A stretch of 63,743 bases of DNA, filler included, from Thraustochytrium aureum (lineage: Eukaryota): assembly GCA_012862495.1 (NCBI GenBank). It is 8 parts of 6 records of this genome, joined end to end, with 100 filler letters (N's around TTAATTAATTAA, not from the genome) between each part and the next. Parts side by side here need not be neighbours in the genome. Positions count along the whole stretch, not along the records: positions 31,816 to 37,447 come from BLSG01000201.1; positions 37,548 to 49,813 come from BLSG01000202.1; 6 more parts are not named here. One strand, given 5' to 3'. The position numbers and the translations under genes are program-made. Position 1 is the first letter of the stretch; each line of letters begins with the position of its first letter. Shown in pieces: positions 36,178-46,737 of this stretch. Under the pieces are notes generated by a model, which made no database searches, was not told where the DNA came from, and saw only the letters and a list, made by a program, of their open reading frames with translations.

Positions 36178-36180
36178 TGT
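36011..36180 (+). ncRNA. Candidate Fanzor omegaRNA (scaffold plus guide) overlapping the ORF 3' end
   Basis: This is the position expected for TnpB/Fanzor omegaRNAs. There is a perfect 7-bp stem AGGAGCC (36091-36097)/GGCTCCT (36118-36124) and a possible long-range pairing 36011-36020/36143-36152. Boundaries are not established. Confidence 0.5.
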
Positions 36181-37446
36181 TTAACGATGGCCACACAGAC
36201 CCTGCGGAGCGCATCCAAAAAAGCGACACACGTCCTGCATCGCATCTACCCCATCCTGGACATTCGAAGTTCCTCCACTCGTAAGGAAATTCTCACACTG
36301 CTGAAGCAGGTTGAGCACGACTATCATGGCAGCTCTAGAATACACCTCCTCCTTCTCAATGAGAGCAAGAAAGTAGCCCCCAGCACCAGTAGCGATTGAT
36401 CCCACTGCCTGGTTCCACTGTCCCCAGGCCATGATATAGTTTGCAAAGGTGTTTAGCGTCGCAACCGGAAAACCAATGCCGCCGTTGTTGTCCCAAATAT
36501 GCTCAACTTGGTAAGCGTCAACCTGATTGACAACTGTTGGAGCCCGGTTCCAATCTCCATCAGGCCCGCACTTGATCAGGGTGCATTCATTTGTACCCAA
36601 TGATGAACCAGGGGGCTGGCATGTGCCCGCGCTTGAATGACTGACCAGGTCCACCGCCCTTTCTTCACAAAACGGATACCTGAGATTGAGAAAATCTCTG
36701 AATTCTTCCACGCCCCTTTGCTCACACAATTCCACAAAGAGATCTTCCTGCGTCAACTTTGGTTTATCTCCGAGTCGGGCGTTGGCGAAGATGCAGGTGC
36801 CCTGAGAGTCCCACCTGTAGTAGAGGTCCTGGAAGGTGCCGTGTTGTCCATACCATGACGTTTTGTAATTACTCGTACCACTGTCAAGGTATCCGGCTGT
36901 GTACCGACTTGAGGGCGGGAAAGCATAGTATACAGCTGTGTGTCCATTCGCGGCAACCGTATTGATTACCCAAGTATGAGCTGGTGAAAGTATTCGACGA
37001 TTGAGCCTTCTCCCGCCACGACCGTTAGGAAGGCACCTTGCCCCGGTTGGGCACTCGTCGCAGCCTTTGCTGAGCCCACTTGGCAGCTTGTTCAGAACGC
37101 GAGCCTTGAGTGAAATCTGCCACTTGCGGTCAGGGTGCCACGGGTTTCCAGTGGGCTTGAACTCGAGCGGGAACACGCTTGTGCTGAGCACACCATCCCT
37201 TAGAATGGACTGGAACGACTGCTTCTTGGGCTTCCGGACGCGCGTGAGAGGTTCAACATCGCCGTTGCGGGGGCTCACGCCCATGAAGCATGAAGGGCCT
37301 TGGCTTGCCTTTCCGTTTTGATCCACGAGGTCGTACGTCACCTCGATGTAAATCTTGGTCGTCTTCTTGGGCAGCAGCGAGACGCGGATGTTGGTTGAGA
37401 ACTTGAACGGAAGGTCCTTTCCGTCGCCCTTTGTGTTGTATGAGGA
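36181..37446 (-). CDS. Cys-rich protein with C-terminal HNH-like nuclease motif; 5'-truncated at scaffold end
   Basis: The frame stays open to the scaffold end. YQVEHIWDNN...NTFANYIMAWGQWNQAVG has the H..N..N pattern of beta-beta-alpha-metal nucleases. Confidence 0.6.
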   Translation of the reverse strand, partial: SSYNTKGDGKDLPFKFSTNIRVSLLPKKTTKIYIEVTYDLVDQNGKASQGPSCFMGVSPRNGDVEPLTRVRKPKKQSFQSILRDGVLSTSVFPLEFKPTGNPWHPDRKWQISLKARVLNKLPSGLSKGCDECPTGARCLPNGRGGRRLNRRILSPAHTWVINTVAANGHTAVYYAFPPSSRYTAGYLDSGTSNYKTSWYGQHGTFQDLYYRWDSQGTCIFANARLGDKPKLTQEDLFVELCEQRGVEEFRDFLNLRYPFCEERAVDLVSHSSAGTCQPPGSSLGTNECTLIKCGPDGDWNRAPTVVNQVDAYQVEHIWDNNGGIGFPVATLNTFANYIMAWGQWNQAVGSIATGAGGYFLALIEKEEVYSRAAMIVVLNLLQQCENFLTSGGTSNVQDGVDAMQDVCRFFGCAPQGLCGHR

Positions 37447-37547
37447 TNNNNNNNNNNNNNNNNNNNNNNNNNNNNNNNNNNNNNNNNNNNNTTAATTAAT
37501 TAANNNNNNNNNNNNNNNNNNNNNNNNNNNNNNNNNNNNNNNNNNNN

Positions 37548-38489
37548 AAAGCCAAACCAGCCGAAAAATCTGGATCCCCAAGCGTGTCAGCAACATGCGA
37601 GGGCAACACAGGCCGCCCGCCGACTCGAGCCTCCTCTGGCGAGAGGTGCAAGGACAAAGCCTGCGCCGGCGTTGCCTTGCTTCCTGCGGCGCTTCCATTC
37701 ACTTACAACAAAAGGCTCCCAAAGATCTGGTGAACCGGCTCGCCTTCAAAGACGCGATGCGTGTTGAGAACTTGCTCCGCTGAGAAGGGAAAGTCGTCCG
37801 GTGGCTTTTTGCCGTGGAAACCGATGCGGGGACCAAGTCTGACTGTGCAGACCAGCCCAGACACCCCGCCAAGCGCGTGCACAACACCGGCGCCGGCAAA
37901 ATCCACCATGCCCATCGCACTAAGCCACCCACTCGAGCTCCACACCCAGTGGCTCACGATCGGATAGGTCCATGCGGACATCATGAAGGAGAGGAGTACA
38001 TACGTCGGCAACTGCATGCGTTCCACCACTGCGCCCGAGTCAATCGTGGCCGCAGTCGCTGCGAACGAAAACTGGAAAAACCACATCGTGTAGTCCAAGC
38101 CTTTATCAGGGAAGAACTCTGTTGTCCCAATAACGCCTCCGTAGTCAGAGCCTTGTGCGAAGCCCCAACCGCACATCCACCAGGCGAGGGCGCCGACAAT
38201 GAGGTCGGCATAGTTTTTGAAGAGGATGTTGACGCTATTCAGGCTTCGCACCGACCCAGCCTCGAGCAGGGCGAATCCGCCCTCTGCGCCGTCACGGAGG
38301 AGCCGCCGGAGTCGGTTCGTTAGCAATTCAATGTGTCCCTTCATCCATGGCGGTGCACAGAGCCTGCCAAGGGGCCAACAACTTACGCATTGTCAGCACA
38401 ATAACTGCACTAGTCAATAGCCAGGACGAGTCGAGCGGGTCGCGCGCGTGGCACTGGGCGTCGCTGGTGCTTGCCTCCGAGGCATTCAT
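37548..38489 (-). CDS. AMT: Ammonium transporter (Amt), 3 exons visible (38489-38387, 38283-37707, 37569-37548); 3'-truncated
   Basis: The spliced product reads DSSWLLTSAVIVLTMQGGFALLEAGSVR, FFQFSFAATAATIDSGAVVER, HWVWS, DFAGAGVVH, GPRIG and LLLFFGWFGF. Both introns (38386-38284, 37706-37570) are GTAAGT..CTRAC..CAG. Confidence 0.93.
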
Positions 38490-39978
38490 CCTGTCGGCTT
38501 GCCCCGCGAGCGAGCACGGCGCTCGCCGCGGCGAGAGCTGCTTGCGACAACCAACGCCAAAGCCGAGCCTGGCGGCAACGGCGACGATAGCAAGCTAGAG
38601 CGACCCAAAGTACGAGAGCGCGGCCACAACCGCAGGCCGACGAATACGCTCGTGAGCGCGCACAGCTCACGGCGAGCGCGCTGGCAGCGCCTGCCACGAT
38701 GCGAAACTGAAGGCCGAGCCAGAGTCACCAGGCCGGACTTTACAAGAGGCGCAGCAGCACACTGCCCCGTCTTGACACTGATCAAAACTGCCCTATCCGT
38801 TCTGTCTGTCTCTCCTAAACAGCGCCGCCAGAGTCGCTCGCCAGACTGCATTCTTCGGTGTAGCGGCGAAGGCAAGTGTCCGTTAGACGGTCTTCCTCCA
38901 GCTCTGGAGGCACAGGCCCCGCATTTGGCTCCAGCGATCGATCGCCCATCCGCCGCATGAGCTATCGCGTCATTCAGTACAGAGAAAAAAAAGTTGAACC
39001 GCGCTTGTCCTTGGGCGGAGCGCTGGGCGGCTCCTGGATTCACCTCCCGTGCGAAGCACCCCGAANNNNNNNNNNNNNNNNNNNNNNNNNNNNNNNNNNN
39101 NNNNNNNNNNNNNNNNNNNNNNNNNNNNNNNNNNNNNNNNNNNNNNNNNNNNNNNNNNNNNNNNNNNNNNNNNNNNNNNNNNNNNNNNNNNNNNNNNNNN
39201 NNNNNNNNNNNNNNNNNNNNNNNNNNNNNNNNNNNNNNNNNNNNNNNNNNNNNNNNNNNNNNNNNNNNNNNNNNNNNNNNNNNNNNNNNNNNNNNNNNNN
39301 NNNNNNNNNNNNNNNNNNNNNNNNNNNNNNNNNNNNNNNNNNNNNNNNNNNNNNNNNNNNNNNNNNNNNNNNNNNNNNNNNNNNNNNNNNNNNNNNNNNN
39401 NNNNNNNNNNNNNNNNNNNNNNNNNNNNNNNNNNNNNNNNNNNNNNNNNNNNNNNNNNNNNNNNNNNNNNNNNNNNNNNNNNNNNNNNNNNNNNNNNNNN
39501 NNNNNNNNNNNNNNNNNNNNNNNNNNNNNNNNNNNNNNNNNNNNNNNNNNNNNNNNNNNNNNNCGCAACATTCGCAGCACCTTCGAGCGGCCAGCATGCT
39601 CTGTGCTGACCGCAAACCAGCCAAACAACGGACACCAGCACTTGCCCATTCTTCCAAAACCAACGCCAAACGGACAGCGAGCACGGCGAACGAGCTCGTT
39701 TTTGTAAATAATCGATTACACTCGATAGTCCAATCGATTGAAATACGAAGAGAACAACAGATCAGCTCTTTTCATGATTGAAGCAGACAGCGAACGAACG
39801 CGAGGTGCCGTGCGCGCGTTTGTTCGTGCGTGCGTGCGTGCGCGCGGACCGGCGGGCTGGTGCAGGCTCGCGGCGCTCGGCGCTTGCTTGCTGCAGTTGC
39901 CGCCCCTTTCCGTGCAGTGTGTTTTTGGTTTGGTTTTTTTTCGCGTCTGGATCGCCCGATTCTTGGTTGCTGACAACG

Positions 39979-42900
39979 ATGATGACCATATCTGGGGACG
40001 GCGACCGCGGAGCCACGGCCGCGGCGGCGGATGGTGCGGACGATGGCAAGTACCCCGCGGCGGTGGAAGCCGCAATAGCGAGCTGCCTTCCCTCGGAGGA
40101 CCCGCTCGACTCGAAGGAGTTTGACGCAGTGGCCTTTGTGAACGAGCGGTTTCCGGACGAGAAGAGCTTTGCGGGCCTGGACCCGTTCCTGGCGCAACTG
40201 CGGGCCCAGGTGGGCGACCTGGACACGAGCATATTTGACGCAGTGAAGGCGCAGTCGACCCAGGCGTCCAAAGCCACAGCCGAAATCGCCGAGGCCAAGC
40301 AGAGCATCGTGCAGCTGCAAAGCAAAGTGCGCGACATCAAAGGCAAGGCCGAGCAGTCAGAGGTCATGGTGCAAGAGATTTGCCGCGACATCAAAAAGCT
40401 CGACTACGCCAAGCGGCACCTCACGTACACGATCACCTCGCTGAAGCGGTTCCACATGCTCGTAACAGCTGTGGACCAGCTAGACTTTATGGTGGAGAGC
40501 CGGCAGTACCAGGAGACGGCCAACCTGCTCCAAGCGGTGGCCCAGCTCCTCGTGCACTTTGAGCAGCACAGCGAAATCCCGAGCGTGCGCAAGATGCGCG
40601 ACTCCGTCGCGAAAACGCGCACGTCGCTGACCGACCAGATCTTTCGCGATTTCGAGGCGCTCTCCGAGGTCAGCGCCGACTACTCGCTCATGGAGGGCCG
40701 CCGCAGCGCAAGCGCGGGCTCACCTGCGACGGGCGCGCCCGCGGCGCAGGCCGCGGGGAGCAGCCTCTTTCTCGGCGCCGAGTCCCAGATCGGCGGCCCA
40801 CACCCGCGCCAGGAAGAGCACACCTACGACGATCCCGTGGCCTCATCCGAGTCCCTCTTCTACTCGTCTGACGCGCACACCCCGGAATCGCTCGCAGGGG
40901 CCTGCGCTGTGGTGGACGCCCTAGGCAGCAAGGTTCGGCGGAAGCTCATCGACAAGGTGTGCCAGATCTGGCTCAAGCCGTACGACGTCCTCTTCGGGCC
41001 CGGCGAGGAGCACAGCGGCCTGGAGTCCACAGACCGGCGCTACGCTTGGCTGCGACGCGTGCTGCGCGACAACGAGGACCGCTTCCAAGGAATCTTCCCC
41101 TCCTCGTGGTGCATAAACAAGCACCTCGTCGTGGCCTTTGTCAAGCGGACCGAGGCCCACCTGAAAACAGAGCTGCGCAAAATCGACCCGCCCGACAGCG
41201 CGGACGTCAGCGCCCTCGTCCGCGCCCTCCGCAAAACGCTTGACTTTGAGCACGAAATGGCCATCCGCTTCGAGTCGAAACGGTCGCGCCAGAACGGCAG
41301 CCCGGATCTCGAGGAAGGCGGAGACGACCAGGCCACCGACGACGGAGACGACACGGACACGTCCAGCCTCGAGGGGGCCGACAGCGACGGCCGAAACGCC
41401 CTTTTCGACGACGTTGGCGAGCGAGTCGATCCCATGTCGGCCAAGGGAATCCGGCTGAGGCGCGAGCGCGCGGCCGCTTCTGCATCTGCAGTCGACAGTG
41501 CCGCGACGGCCAAGGCCGCAAGCGCGTCAGTCGGCGATTCTGGCAGGGGCGAGCCAGCCGACGAGCTGCAGGCGAGTAGGGCGGAGGCCCTGGCGGACGC
41601 AAAGGCGCTGGGCTCGCTGCGTGGCGTCGTCTCGTCCGTTTTTGAACCGTACCTGGCTGCCTACGTCAAGCTGGAGGGTTCCAAGATGCGCGAGGAGCTC
41701 GAGACCTTTGTGAAAGAGGAGTCAGTGGAGTCCGAGGGCGCCTTGAACCTCACGAGCGCCTCCAACATGTTTCTGCTGATTCAAAAGAGCATCAACAGGT
41801 GCGTGCAGTTCACCACTGGGCAGGCGTTCTACGACCTGTACAACGAGTTTAAACGGGTAATGGCCTGGTATTCCGGGGCCCTGGAGCAAAAGCTTCCGCG
41901 GCAGGGCCAGCCGCTCACGCATGCAAGCGTGACCATGGCCTGCTTCGTGTGCAACTCGGCCGAGTACTGCGTCGACACGGTGCCCCAGCTGGAGGAGCGC
42001 GTCAAGGACAAAATCAACGAGGCGTTCCGAGACGCGATCGACATGGAGGACGTCGAGGACAAGTTTAGCGGCAATCTGCAGAGCTCTATCCGAGCGCTCG
42101 TCGGGGGCGTGCATGCCGCGATCGAGCCCGACCTCGCCGCGGCCGCCCGGACCAACTGGGCGGCACTGCAGCAGGTTGGCGACACGCCAGGTATGTCGCA
42201 NNNNNNNNNNNNNNNNNNNNNNNNNNNNNNNNNNNNNNNNNNNNNNNNNNNNNNNNNNNNNNNNNNNNNNNNNNNNNNNNNNNNNNNNNNNNNNNNNNNN
42301 NNNNNNNNNNNNNNNNNNNNNNNNNNNNNNNNNNNNNNNNNNNNNNNNNNNNNNNNNNNNNNNNNNNNNNNNNNNNNNNNNNNNNNNNNNNNNNNNNTGC
42401 AGCGGCTTTGCCGACTCGTTCATCGATCGCTTCCGCGGCACCATCCTTCGGTGCCGCAAGGTCGGCAGATGGGCGCGCAGCAGCTTCTCCTTGACGCCGT
42501 CGCGGTCAAGTCGGTTTTGCTAAAGCTGCCTTCGCTGGGCCTCGACCCTGCGGAGGCGGCCGACCAGCCCGCCGCCTTCTCGGTGCACGCAAAGAAGGTG
42601 GGCGAGCCGATGCGCCGCATTGAAGGCCAGCTCAAGCTCGTGAGTATGAACCTCTCGATCGAGTCACTGCTCGACAGCTTTAAGGCGCTGCTCGAGGATG
42701 GCGACACCGAGCACCTCCGCATGATCCTCGAGATGAAGGGCTTTAAGAAGCCTGACATTGCCAACGCGTTGAAGCAGGCAGAGGCGGCTGGCATTCCCGT
42801 CGGTCGGCCGGCTCCGCCGCCGCCGAGCGGCTCTGGGATGGGTTCGGGTGCTGGTGGCGCCTTTTACATGAACATGGCTGCCGAGGCGGCTGCCGCAGCG

Positions 42901-43101
42901 GGAGGCGCGGGGGCAGCGTCTGGGGCGGGCGCCTCGTTCACCAACGTCTTCTCCAAGATGAGCGACATGAAGGAGACGCTTGACAAGGTTGCGAGCAGCA
43001 CCTCGGGCGGAAAAGGGTTCAGTAGCATCAGCGCCACGTTCCAGCAGTCGTACAATCGCGCCGTCAACAAGCGCAAAGACCCTGCAAGCGGCGCAGAGTA
43101 G
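39979..43101 (+). CDS. VPS53: GARP complex subunit Vps53
   Basis: DPLDSKEFDAVAFVNERFPDEKS, KAEQSEVMVQEICRDIKKLDYAKRHLT, DRRYAWLRR, CNSAEYC and GAQQLLLD. Confidence 0.93.
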   Translation: MMTISGDGDRGATAAAADGADDGKYPAAVEAAIASCLPSEDPLDSKEFDAVAFVNERFPDEKSFAGLDPFLAQLRAQVGDLDTSIFDAVKAQSTQASKATAEIAEAKQSIVQLQSKVRDIKGKAEQSEVMVQEICRDIKKLDYAKRHLTYTITSLKRFHMLVTAVDQLDFMVESRQYQETANLLQAVAQLLVHFEQHSEIPSVRKMRDSVAKTRTSLTDQIFRDFEALSEVSADYSLMEGRRSASAGSPATGAPAAQAAGSSLFLGAESQIGGPHPRQEEHTYDDPVASSESLFYSSDAHTPESLAGACAVVDALGSKVRRKLIDKVCQIWLKPYDVLFGPGEEHSGLESTDRRYAWLRRVLRDNEDRFQGIFPSSWCINKHLVVAFVKRTEAHLKTELRKIDPPDSADVSALVRALRKTLDFEHEMAIRFESKRSRQNGSPDLEEGGDDQATDDGDDTDTSSLEGADSDGRNALFDDVGERVDPMSAKGIRLRRERAAASASAVDSAATAKAASASVGDSGRGEPADELQASRAEALADAKALGSLRGVVSSVFEPYLAAYVKLEGSKMREELETFVKEESVESEGALNLTSASNMFLLIQKSINRCVQFTTGQAFYDLYNEFKRVMAWYSGALEQKLPRQGQPLTHASVTMACFVCNSAEYCVDTVPQLEERVKDKINEAFRDAIDMEDVEDKFSGNLQSSIRALVGGVHAAIEPDLAAAARTNWAALQQVGDTPGMSXXXXXXXXXXXXXXXXXXXXXXXXXXXXXXXXXXXXXXXXXXXXXXXXXXXXXXXXXXXXXXXXXXXQRLCRLVHRSLPRHHPSVPQGRQMGAQQLLLDAVAVKSVLLKLPSLGLDPAEAADQPAAFSVHAKKVGEPMRRIEGQLKLVSMNLSIESLLDSFKALLEDGDTEHLRMILEMKGFKKPDIANALKQAEAAGIPVGRPAPPPPSGSGMGSGAGGAFYMNMAAEAAAAAGGAGAASGAGASFTNVFSKMSDMKETLDKVASSTSGGKGFSSISATFQQSYNRAVNKRKDPASGAE

Positions 43102-43307
43102 TGCAGGTCGGCTGCCTGGCAGGGCTCGCCGCACCTCTTGCCCCGTTTGGGGCGGCTGCCAATGCGAGTCGCCACGCGCCGCCGGGTCTGCAATCAAACG
43201 AGGATCTGAGCCTTTAAAAGTGTAGTATTCAAAACCAAGGGGGCTGCTGGCTGCACAAACCGGCACCGAGTTGTATCGCAAGTGGGGCTTCACAGGCGAA
43301 GTTGTGC

Positions 43308-44963
43308 CTACAAGAGTCCGTTGTGGCCCTCGAGCGAGCCAGAGCCGTATGTGCCGCTACTTTGGGATCGCGAGAGTCCCGGCACGGCCTCCTTCGTGAA
43401 GGCAAGAGGTCGCGCAGGCAGCGCGCCGTACAGTTGTGAACGATAGGAAGCAAAGCGCGTCTGGACAACGCTCCGCTTGAGCTTAGTCTCTCTCTCGAGG
43501 GCGGCCTCCTTCGTGGGCGCAGGGCCGAGCGCTTGACGTAGAAGCGCAACTTGCTCGCGAAGGGAAGGTGCTGTTGCCGTCGTCGTGTATGGCGCGCGCC
43601 TTGGCGGCTTTGAAAGCGTCACGGCCCAAACGCTCTCCTCCTCCGCAGGCTCGCGCGCTGGGGTTGCACGTTTGCCACCGACGAGGCCGTCGCCTTCGCT
43701 GGGGCGCCCCTCGGCATCCACGTTGTTGGAGCGACCTTCCATGGTCGAGCCTGACGCGCTCTGCGACCGGCTTGCGCTGCCTCTGAGCGCGAGCAATCCA
43801 GCATCCTTCTCGGCGATGTCTCCTGCTCCGGGTCTTGAGGCAAGGTGCGCAGAGAGCGCTGCAGACATGGACAAAGCGGATCGAGGCCGTCCATTTGCGA
43901 AAACCTGGGCCAGCCTAGCTTTCAAGGCCGCGCGATCGCCTGCAGTCAAACCGACACCAAGTTGTGCCACGCCGAGCGGTACACAAGCAGCAGCTCCCTG
44001 TGTTTGCTCCGAGGCGGCTCTTGCATGCCCCTCCCGCATTTCGTTCCGCCGGGCGCCTCTTGCAGCCCTTTGTTTGGCTGAGCCTTGGTTGCGCGTCTTG
44101 CTTTCTGCGTGGCTTTGGCTCTTCTTCTGCGAGAAGCCGTACAGGCGTCGAGCCTCGATTGGGGTGTCCGGCACGTAGACGCCCTTCCACCGCTTTCGCG
44201 TCGTGAGGCTCTCGTACTGCGCTTGCGTCACGATGTCGTCGTCTTCTCTGAAGGTGAGGGTTCCGTCCGGGGCGACAACAAGCATTCGCTGCGTGAGCTG
44301 GAACAAAAAGTCGTAATAGGCCTGCTCGTCCACGTCGTCGGTCCAGAGGTCGACGATTTGGAACCAGGATTGGCTGAACCTGGTAAAGTTGAGGTGGCTG
44401 CGCCCTTGCGAGTCGATCTGCCAGTCTTTCTCTGCAAGTGCGGTTCCTTGCGCTTGGTCAAAGTGGCCGATGACTGCCACTTGCAGCTTGCGGTTTAGCA
44501 CATAGTACTCGTCCTTGTCAAGCTTGCCGGAGTGGTCGTCGTCCGCGGCGAGCCAGACCATTGTGAGAAGCGATCGGATTCGCGGGCTAAACTTGATCGA
44601 CTCGCGCATGAGCAGCATTTTGTCCGAGTTGAAGTAGCGCCGGGCCTCGCGCGCCGAGTCGCTCTCGTCGCTTTCTGTCGAGTCCGAGTCGTCAGCGAGG
44701 TACAGGGTTTTGAGCTCGTCGAGCAAGTCGCGTCGCTCCGACGCCGCCTCGCGCTCCATACTGATGGCTGCAAATGTCTTGGATCGATTGAGTTGGGCCT
44801 TGAACTTGCCAGATCCTTGGTGGATGTGCATCATCGGGTGTTCGTGCGATGATTGGAGCGCAGACTTTTGTTTCTCCACCTCGAAAAGCTCGTCGTCGCT
44901 GTCGACCGCTTCAGTAAACAAGGGTTCCCAGGCTGCGCCGAGCAAGTCGCCAGGGGAGGGCAT
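43308..44963 (-). CDS. EF-hand-containing uncharacterised protein; probably continues upstream to about 46560 through a frameshift and a gap
   Basis: EF-hand loop DDDHSGKLDKDEY and a second degenerate loop (DSQGRSHLNFTRF). The upstream ORF 44831-46573 is S/R-rich and on the same strand. Confidence 0.65.
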   Translation of the reverse strand: MPSPGDLLGAAWEPLFTEAVDSDDELFEVEKQKSALQSSHEHPMMHIHQGSGKFKAQLNRSKTFAAISMEREAASERRDLLDELKTLYLADDSDSTESDESDSAREARRYFNSDKMLLMRESIKFSPRIRSLLTMVWLAADDDHSGKLDKDEYYVLNRKLQVAVIGHFDQAQGTALAEKDWQIDSQGRSHLNFTRFSQSWFQIVDLWTDDVDEQAYYDFLFQLTQRMLVVAPDGTLTFREDDDIVTQAQYESLTTRKRWKGVYVPDTPIEARRLYGFSQKKSQSHAESKTRNQGSAKQRAARGARRNEMREGHARAASEQTQGAAACVPLGVAQLGVGLTAGDRAALKARLAQVFANGRPRSALSMSAALSAHLASRPGAGDIAEKDAGLLALRGSASRSQSASGSTMEGRSNNVDAEGRPSEGDGLVGGKRATPAREPAEEESVWAVTLSKPPRRAPYTTTATAPSLREQVALLRQALGPAPTKEAALERETKLKRSVVQTRFASYRSQLYGALPARPLAFTKEAVPGLSRSQSSGTYGSGSLEGHNGLL

Positions 44964-46737
44964 GAGCGACTTGCGACGCGGATCGAACCGAGTACTAGGC
45001 TGTTGCGCTTGCTGCTCCTTCCCCTTGCCGATTCGCGGCTTGGACGCGGAGGCGCGACTGCTTGGAATGCTCCGTGACGACGCGCTGCGGGCAAGGATGG
45101 GTTTGTGCGAATCTTGACGCGAAAAAGCGCCGGCTGGTCGGAGAGCGCGCTCGCAACGCCCGACGACGGCCTCCTGTGCAAGAACGACCGATGCCGCTCA
45201 TCGGAAGCTCTTTCAGGTACATAGCAGCTTGGAACCCCTCCTTCCGGTGCACCGACACTGGGCGCAGAAACGGACAGCCTCGACACGGACAGCCGCGAGC
45301 GGCGCCGCTGCGCCGCCTCGCCATTGTCTGCTGCCCGGAGAAAGTCTGGCAAGTGCTGCTCGAGTCGAGCTGCGTCAGCCAAAGTCATGCGCCGGCTGTT
45401 GCGGTTCGCAGACGCGGTCGACGGGCGCCGTGCTGGCTGGCTGATCGAAGCCGGCTTTCGGTTTGAGGGCACGCCGCTGCCGACACAAGCGGCCTCACTT
45501 GAGCTCGAGGAATCTCGCCTGGGTGCATCCGCGTCAACGNNNNNNNNNNNNNNNNNNNNNNNNNNNNNNNNNNNNNNNNNNNNNNNNNNNNNNNNNNNNN
45601 NNNNNNNNNNNNNNNNNNNNNNNNNNNNNNNNNNNNNNNNNNNNNNNNNNNNNNNNNNNNNNNNNNNNNNNNNNNNNNNNNNNNNNNNNNNNNNNNNNNN
45701 NNNNNNNNNNNNNNNNNNNNNNNNNNNNNNNNNNNNNNNNNNNNNNNNNNNNNNNNNNNNNNNNNNNNNNNNNNNNNNNNNNNNNNNNNNNNNNNNNNNN
45801 NNNNNNNNNNNNNNNNNNNNNNNNNNNNNNNNNNNNNNNNNNNNNNNNNNNNNNNNNNNNNNNNNNNNNNNNNNNNNNNNNNNNNNNNNNNNNNNNNNNN
45901 NNNNNNNNNNNNNNNNNNNGATGTCAATCCCCATAATTGACCCGCGCTTGCTGGACACGCGGCGACGCAGCGACTGTTTCCGCTGGGACGCGCCGTCCGC
46001 CTTTGGCGTCTTGCGCGAAGAGTAGGTCATCGAGCTGACCTCGCTGAGCTTGATCCTCGTGTCGCTGCGCCGCTGCTCGGCGGTTGGCGGGGGCAGGTCT
46101 TCATTTTTGGCCTCCTCCTCGTCTTCAAGGTTGATGTGCCCGAGCAGAATCGGGCTGGGTTGCCCGCGGTCCATCCTGGCCAGCCAGAACGCGCTCGCGC
46201 GCGCGGCTGCGCTGATCTGTCCGGGTTTGCTTGGGAAGCTCACGAATGTGTCCGGCGCATTTGGTTTTGATGTGACAACGGACATTCCGTCGAGGTCTCG
46301 TTTTTCGCCTGAGCCGGCGAGTGACACGCAGCTGGGACGTTCGTCTCGGGTCCATCTGCCAGCGGCTGGTAATGGGTAGGTATGGTAAGGTACTCTACCG
46401 TGCTCTGCCAGCGAGCCTTTCAAGCTGCCTGGTGACAGCGGAGTTGGCGGTGGCGTCGCATTGAGACCTTGGCGGCTGGGGGCTGTTTGACGCAACGCTG
46501 TCGCCACATTGAGGCCTTGCTGGCAGGAGTCTACTGGACGCACCGCTCTCGTCAGCGCGCCATGGCGAGGCACTCGTAGGATGGCGCTGGGCGTGCTGGT
46601 GGCCGCGACGAAGCGGATGGGCGGACCCGCAGTTGCTGTACAGAGTCTCGTTCGTTTGCTACATATGTACTTACTCTACATACACCTTTCCTGCCCCTTT
46701 GAATTCCCTGCCTCTTTGAATTCCCTGCCTCGAGCGG

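Noticed and set aside
37703..38344. Truncated ammonium transporter pseudogene
   Set aside because: The apparent stop lies in a GTAAGT intron donor. Splicing restores the conserved GWFGF motif up to the scaffold end.
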